A DNA stretch of 44,117 nt from Candidatus Zixiibacteriota bacterium (GTDB taxonomy: Bacteria > Zixibacteria > MSB-5A5 > GN15 > FEB-12): contig JBGSIV010000138.1 of assembly GCA_041742355.1 (NCBI GenBank), positions 1 through 44,117 on the forward strand. The letters run 5' to 3'. Of the stretch, positions 39,370 through 44,117 are shown one piece after another. The notes under the pieces are model-generated. The model saw only the letters and a list, made by a program, of their open reading frames with translations, had not been told where the DNA came from and ran no database searches. A program made the translations under genes and the position numbers. Every line of letters begins with the position of its first letter. Positions within the stretch are counted from its first letter, which is position 1.

Positions 39370-41523
39370 ATGGCTAAATCGGTCAACCAGAGTAAGTTTC
39401 GTCGCGACCGGCTCCGCAATATCATTATCGGCCTGGTCGTTTTCACCGTTGTCCTCGGGGGCGTCGCCGCGTACAAGACCTACCGGGTCTACCAGTCCGA
39501 TCTCCCTTCGTTTGAGCAGCTGCACAATATCGAACCCAGCCTCAAGACGAAGATCTACGACCGCAACGGTACTCTCCTCAAGGAATTCTTCAGCGAGAAC
39601 CGGGTGTTGACCCCGTTCGAACAAATACCTTCTGACCTGGTCAATATGCTGCTGGCGTCCGAGGACCGGAAGTTCTACGACCACTGGGGGATGAACCTTC
39701 GCCGCGTGATTTTCGTGGCCGTTTCCAATATCGTGAGCTGGGATATCAAAGGCGGGGCATCGACCATTAGCCAGCAGCTCGCCCGCATGCTCTTTCTGAA
39801 TCGGGAGCAGACGCTCGACCGCAAATTCAAGGAGGCGCTGACCGCCATCAAGCTCGAACGCACCTATTCGAAGCAGGAAATCCTCGAGATGTACCTGAAC
39901 CAGTACTACTTCGGTCACGGTGCTTACGGAATTGCGGCAGCCTCAAATGCCTTTTTCACCAAGAACGTTCCCGAGCTGACAGTCAGCGATTGCGCTGTTC
40001 TGATCGGGATGCTCAAGGCGCCCAATACCAACTCGCCGTTCCGATATCCGGATCGTGCTCTCAAGGCCCGCAACCGCGTCCTCTATTCCTACTACACCTT
40101 CGGCGGTATCTCGCGCGAGCAGTACGACTCGCTCAAGGACCAGCCACTGGCGGTGAATCCGCCGGAAGAAGACGCCGGCGACGCCCCGTACTTCACCGAA
40201 GAGGTGCGGCAGTACATCTTCGACCGCTACGGCGAGAGCATGCTCTACTCCGGCGGCCTGAAAGTGTTCACGTCGCTCGATGTCCGACTGCAGCGGGCCG
40301 CCGAAGAGGCGCTGGCACGCAAAGTCGATTCCCTGCGGGCTCGAATCGAGCGCACCTTCTCGCTCGATAACCCCGACTACACCGAGGTTCTCGCCGATAC
40401 CACCGATGCCTTTGGACGGCCGGTGCGGCGGCACAAGAAAGTCCAGGGGGCGTTTATCGCGATCGACAATGAAACCGGGGATGTGCTGGCGATGGTAGGC
40501 GGGCGGTCATTTGCGGACAGTAAATTCAACCGCGCGACTCAGGCGGTGCTGCAGCCGGGGTCGGCGTTCAAGCCCTTCGTGTATACGGCCGCGATCGACA
40601 ACGGCTTCCGCACGACGGAGATTATCGACGATCTGCCGATAGTCCTCGATATTCCAGGATCGAGCCAGTGGCGACCGCACAATTTCGACGACAAGTTTAT
40701 GGGACCGATGACGCTTCGCGATGGGATTCGGATGTCCCGGAACCTAGTCGCGATCCGCCTCCTGCTGAAGATCAAGCCCGAGCAGGCGATCTTCTATGCC
40801 AAGCGCATGGGTATCACCACGCCGCTGCAGCCGTCGCCGTCGCTGGCGCTGGGAACCGGCGAAGTGATCCCGTTGGAGCTGGTATCGGCCTTCACGACGT
40901 TCCCGAACAAGGGGATTCACATTCCTCCGAAGATGATCCACAAGATTGTCGATCGCTACGGCAGCGTTGTGGAGGACAACACGGCGGTGCAGAAGGAAGA
41001 AGTTCTCTCCGAGCAGACGGCCTACATCATGGTCAGCCTGATGCAGTCGGTGGTCGATGCCGGAACCGGACGGGCGGCGCGTTACCGGGGTTTCACCCGG
41101 CCGGCGGGCGGCAAGACGGGAACTTCGAACAACTTCTGTGATAACTGGTTTGTCGGGTTCACGCCGCAGATCACCGCCGGGGTCTGGGTGGGGTTCGATG
41201 TCAAGACATCGCTCGGCCGGAACCAGGACGGCGCCAAGAACGGGGTGCCGGTGTGGACCGACTTCATGATGGTTGCCCACGATACCCTGCCGATCGCCGA
41301 TTTCGAAGAACCGGAGGGAATCGTGCACGCGGATGTCTGCATAGAGACGGGCGAGCTGGCCACCGACCGTTGTCGGAATGTGCGCGAGGAGGTATTCTCC
41401 GCCGATAACCAGCCGACCAAGCGATGCAGCCTGCATCCGGGCGGGGGGCGGAGCATTTCCAGCGAGCGCCGCCGCAACCAGCAGGATGATCGGGATACGA
41501 CCGACGAGCGGGTGCATTTCTGA
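39370..41523 (+). CDS. Class A penicillin-binding protein (PBP1A family)
   Basis: Transglycosylase EDRKFYDHWG, GASTISQQL, RKFKE; transpeptidase SAFK, SRN, KTG. Confidence 0.95.
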   Translation: MAKSVNQSKFRRDRLRNIIIGLVVFTVVLGGVAAYKTYRVYQSDLPSFEQLHNIEPSLKTKIYDRNGTLLKEFFSENRVLTPFEQIPSDLVNMLLASEDRKFYDHWGMNLRRVIFVAVSNIVSWDIKGGASTISQQLARMLFLNREQTLDRKFKEALTAIKLERTYSKQEILEMYLNQYYFGHGAYGIAAASNAFFTKNVPELTVSDCAVLIGMLKAPNTNSPFRYPDRALKARNRVLYSYYTFGGISREQYDSLKDQPLAVNPPEEDAGDAPYFTEEVRQYIFDRYGESMLYSGGLKVFTSLDVRLQRAAEEALARKVDSLRARIERTFSLDNPDYTEVLADTTDAFGRPVRRHKKVQGAFIAIDNETGDVLAMVGGRSFADSKFNRATQAVLQPGSAFKPFVYTAAIDNGFRTTEIIDDLPIVLDIPGSSQWRPHNFDDKFMGPMTLRDGIRMSRNLVAIRLLLKIKPEQAIFYAKRMGITTPLQPSPSLALGTGEVIPLELVSAFTTFPNKGIHIPPKMIHKIVDRYGSVVEDNTAVQKEEVLSEQTAYIMVSLMQSVVDAGTGRAARYRGFTRPAGGKTGTSNNFCDNWFVGFTPQITAGVWVGFDVKTSLGRNQDGAKNGVPVWTDFMMVAHDTLPIADFEEPEGIVHADVCIETGELATDRCRNVREEVFSADNQPTKRCSLHPGGGRSISSERRRNQQDDRDTTDERVHF

Positions 41524-41575
41524 CGCGGCGCTGTCGACGGTGGGCACGTTGGTCAGCCAGGTGGTGAGACTATCG

Positions 41576-41608
41576 ACGGCAGGTCTTCAGGATCTGCCGT
41601 TCTTTTTT
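41576..41608 (+). terminator. Intrinsic terminator after PBP1A
   Basis: ACGGCAGGTC-ttcag-GATCTGCCGT followed by TCTTTTTT. Confidence 0.75.
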
Positions 41609-41617
41609 GATATCACC

Positions 41618-41646
41618 TTGACAGGCGATCCGTCGTACAAGATATT
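41618..41646 (+). promoter_or_regulatory. Putative sigma70 promoter of tRNA-Leu
   Basis: TTGACA, 17-nt spacer, GATATT, 12 nt before the tRNA. Confidence 0.6.
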
Positions 41647-41658
41647 AGGCCTCGTTAT

Positions 41659-41742
41659 GCCGGAGTGGTGAAACTGGTAGACGCAGGGGACTCAAAATCC
41701 CCCGGTGGCAACACCATGCCGGTTCGATTCCGGCCTCCGGCA
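41659..41742 (+). tRNA. tRNA-Leu(CAA), CCA not encoded
   Basis: Acceptor GCCGGAG/CTCCGGC + A; D loop with GG; anticodon stem GGGGA/TCCCC with loop CT-CAA-AA; long variable arm; T arm GCCGG-TTCGATT-CCGGC. Confidence 0.96.
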
Positions 41743-43398
41743 TAGTAAGGCGCTAACTGGCAGGGGCAACTTGTTGATGTAACACGTTGCCTTTCTTGCT
41801 TTCTGGTCGATCGTGACATGGTCGACAAACGCTCGAATCAGCTCTCTCTTCTTCAAATCCGGCGCAGTCTCCAGGCACCGATCAAAACCAAGGATCAGGG
41901 CTTCCATCTGCTTTTGAATCTGCACGATATCAATTTCAGGCACCTTGGCCCTTTCACGACGTGAGATTTCAGCGGACAAGTCGGCACGAGCCTGTTCCAG
42001 ACTCACCAAGCGATCTTTGACAGCCGAGGCGGGAATCCCTTGTTCAATGCTGTCCTTGAGATTACCCAATCGCATTTCAACATCGGACAGTTCCTTGCGG
42101 ATCCGATCGACTTCTGGACTACGGCTTCCTGCTTGTCCGGAGTACTGGGCGATCCTCTGTGTCAACAACTTCTGAAGCCGCTCTCGATCCATCCCCTCAA
42201 TAACGCGTTTCTGGATCTCCCGGATTACGAAGCCTTCCAGCAGGTCCTTGGGAATGTGGAACGAAGTACAGACTGACTGGCCCCGGGAGGAGAACCCGCC
42301 ATCCTCGTAATACCTCCACTCACCAGTTTTAGTCTTGTGGATGTGGCCTTGGAAATTGAAGCCGCAGGCTTGGCATCGGACCAGGCCCGACAAGAGGTAC
42401 TTCGATCGACCGTTTCTGTAGGCCGAGGGGTCCGCCGGAGTGAAGTTTCGAACCGCCTGAGCCCGATCAAACTTCTCCGGTGAGATTATACTCTCATGGG
42501 CATCTGAGCAGATCACTCGGTCGGCGGCAGGGTGAAACCGCCTTTCCGGGTCCTCATGTCGGACCCAACTTCCAGTCGCTTGCCGGTTGTATTCCCAATC
42601 GCCTCTGTAGACTTTGTTTCGCAGAATACTGTAGATTGAGCACGACGCCCATTTCCCTGTTCCCGGATTGTGCCGGCGGGTCTTTCCCCAGTACGGCGGT
42701 GGAATGCTTCGGGAGTTGAGTTCGTTCGCAATGGCCTTATATCCGAGACCCGACAGGCGCAGCCGGAATATCTCACGCACTACGGAGATCTCGGCCGGAT
42801 CGCCCGGAATCAGCCGCACACGCTGAGTCTTTTCGTACTTCCGCTCTCCGTTCTCGAGCGGGCGAATCGCCTGCCCCGCTTGATCTACCAGGAGCCTTTT
42901 GAACCCGTAGGGAGCGAAGCCGCCGACACGGTAACCCTCAGCCGCTCGGAGCTTCGATCGCTCTCGGACCCGGAGTGATTGCTTGTGGCTCTCTTCCGTG
43001 GCAAGTTCTTGTTTGATCTTCTTGGTCAGTCGGCCGGCCAGAGAACGGTCGTTGATAGCCTGATCAGAAATATAGGTTACCGCCACGCCGAAGCGCCGGA
43101 AGTGGTACTCCCAATAGGTTGATTCGTCGGGATCAATCGGTCTACCCCACCGGTCAACGTCGTACACCAGGATTTGGCTGAAATCGTTGGAACGGTTTTC
43201 AACTGCCTTAACCATCCTCATGAAGTCTGGGCGCCCTTCAAAGTTGGTCCCTGAACGCCCTTCGTCGCCGTCGAACCAACAGGTAATGATCATACCATTG
43301 GCATCCGCAAAGGACTGGATTACCGACCGCTGGTCGCCCATGGACCGATCCTGCTTATCGGTACTGCAGCGGAAATATACGGCAACTTTGATCTTCAT
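41692..43398 (-). CDS. Large serine recombinase/integrase (resolvase, recombinase, zinc ribbon, coiled coil)
   Basis: YFRCST (catalytic Ser), GRSG, RPDF, DRWGR, PYGF, ILRNKVYRG, HESIIS, LLSGLVRCQACG. Confidence 0.92.
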   Translation of the reverse strand: MKIKVAVYFRCSTDKQDRSMGDQRSVIQSFADANGMIITCWFDGDEGRSGTNFEGRPDFMRMVKAVENRSNDFSQILVYDVDRWGRPIDPDESTYWEYHFRRFGVAVTYISDQAINDRSLAGRLTKKIKQELATEESHKQSLRVRERSKLRAAEGYRVGGFAPYGFKRLLVDQAGQAIRPLENGERKYEKTQRVRLIPGDPAEISVVREIFRLRLSGLGYKAIANELNSRSIPPPYWGKTRRHNPGTGKWASCSIYSILRNKVYRGDWEYNRQATGSWVRHEDPERRFHPAADRVICSDAHESIISPEKFDRAQAVRNFTPADPSAYRNGRSKYLLSGLVRCQACGFNFQGHIHKTKTGEWRYYEDGGFSSRGQSVCTSFHIPKDLLEGFVIREIQKRVIEGMDRERLQKLLTQRIAQYSGQAGSRSPEVDRIRKELSDVEMRLGNLKDSIEQGIPASAVKDRLVSLEQARADLSAEISRRERAKVPEIDIVQIQKQMEALILGFDRCLETAPDLKKRELIRAFVDHVTIDQKARKATCYINKLPLPVSALLCRRPESNRHGVATGGF

Positions 43399-43574
43399 CG
43401 TTCTGCCTTCTTTGTAGGTGGTCTCTTCAGCTCAAGGTCAATGGCCTTGACCACTATGTCCTGGATAGTCGTATCAAGTTCCGCGGCCCGGAACCGGAGC
43501 TTGCGGTGGGTTGCCTGGCTGATCCGGATGTGAATCTGGCGGCTGGCGGTAGTTTCGACGTCTTTCTTTTCCAT
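43395..43574 (-). CDS. Ribbon-helix-helix (CopG/ParG-like) DNA-binding protein, 59 aa (not in the ORF track)
   Basis: MEKKDVETTASRQIHIRISQATHRKLRFRAAELDTTIQDIVVKAIDLELKRPPTKKAER*. AAGGAGG RBS; stop overlaps the recombinase start (ATGA). Confidence 0.82.
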   Translation of the reverse strand: MEKKDVETTASRQIHIRISQATHRKLRFRAAELDTTIQDIVVKAIDLELKRPPTKKAER

Positions 43575-43594
43575 GTCGGTATCCTCCTTCGATA

Positions 43595-43624
43595 TATATA
43601 TACCTTAGGTATATTCTGTGTCAA
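43595..43624 (-). promoter_or_regulatory. Promoter with palindromic operator upstream of RHH-recombinase
   Basis: TTGACA (43624-43619 on -), TATATA-type -10; perfect ATATACCT-n-AGGTATAT palindrome at 43598-43614. Confidence 0.7.
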
Positions 43625-44117
43625 GCGGTTTTCTTCTGGAGTCGTTACTCTGAGACAAAATCCTATTGGCCTGGTACTTACTGAATCGGCGAGTGATTTC
43701 GTCCTTAGCCAGCAAGTCCCGTAGGGCAGCATCGAAGGTGGTGTAGCCCTGAACATTGCCAAGCTCAAAGGTATAATTTACCCAAAACTGCCTGGCCACG
43801 TGGGCTGCGGGCCAAGCCTTCCTCTTTAGGTTGAGGATCCCTGTACGTACCAGCTTCTCGGTCAGCAGCCGTGGATTGTCAGCGTACGGTGCTTTTTGGT
43901 CGCGAAACCACTGTTTCGGAAGCGGTAGCGCCAGGTGGAAATTTCCTGCCCCATTTGTTATAGTCCTTGCGGAGACAAAATCCCTGCCACATTTGATAGT
44001 ACTGGTCTCCTGTGTCCTCAATATCTCCATAACTTCCGGCTTCCTCATGAAAGTCTGTTTTGCGTGGGCGAGTATGATGAAGGCGCCGAGACACTCTTTG
44101 TAGTCGAGATCAAGACC
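43605..44117 (-). CDS. Hypothetical island protein, 5'-truncated by the window edge
   Basis: The frame of track ORF 43605..44048 stays open to base 44117 (GLDLDYKECLGAFIILAHAKQTF-MRKPE...). No family recognised. Confidence 0.6.
   Translation of the reverse strand, partial: GLDLDYKECLGAFIILAHAKQTFMRKPEVMEILRTQETSTIKCGRDFVSARTITNGAGNFHLALPLPKQWFRDQKAPYADNPRLLTEKLVRTGILNLKRKAWPAAHVARQFWVNYTFELGNVQGYTTFDAALRDLLAKDEITRRFSKYQANRILSQSNDSRRKPLDTEYT

Larger units (their letters stand above)
41692..44117. mobile_element. Left end of an integrative element or genomic island at tRNA-Leu(CAA); continues beyond the window
   Basis: Recombinase abuts and overlaps the tRNA 3' half; more A/T-ending codons than the housekeeping genes; RHH regulator and an orphan gene. 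The second att site is not in the window. Confidence 0.8.

Noticed and set aside
43454..43768. Track ORFs 43454-43768 (-) and 43506-43724 (+)
   Set aside because: They overlap the better-supported RHH gene and its promoter, and lack RBS or motif support.

Overview
High-GC chromosomal segment of a diderm bacterium (lipoproteins, an OmpA-like protein and a periplasmic binding protein; phylum not assignable from sequence alone). Most of it is housekeeping: proS, the rimP-nusA-infB-DUF503-rbfA-nrnA-truB-ribF-rpsO-pnp-M16 peptidase superoperon, leuS, tyrS, sugar-nucleotide genes, two PBPs and two ABC systems. Three regions stand out. (1) The right end is the edge of an integrated element at tRNA-Leu(CAA). 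Its large serine recombinase gene reads antisense through the 3' half of the tRNA and takes its stop codon from the anticodon loop. It is translationally coupled to an unannotated 59-aa ribbon-helix-helix gene whose promoter contains a perfect 17-bp palindrome. (2) A translationally coupled operon of four uncharacterised membrane proteins (DUF6754-like) is followed by an unannotated 46-aa zinc-ribbon gene and may encode a pseudo-symmetric membrane complex. (3) A cluster of REP-like hairpins lies upstream of proS. All family assignments come from motif recognition; no database searches were run.
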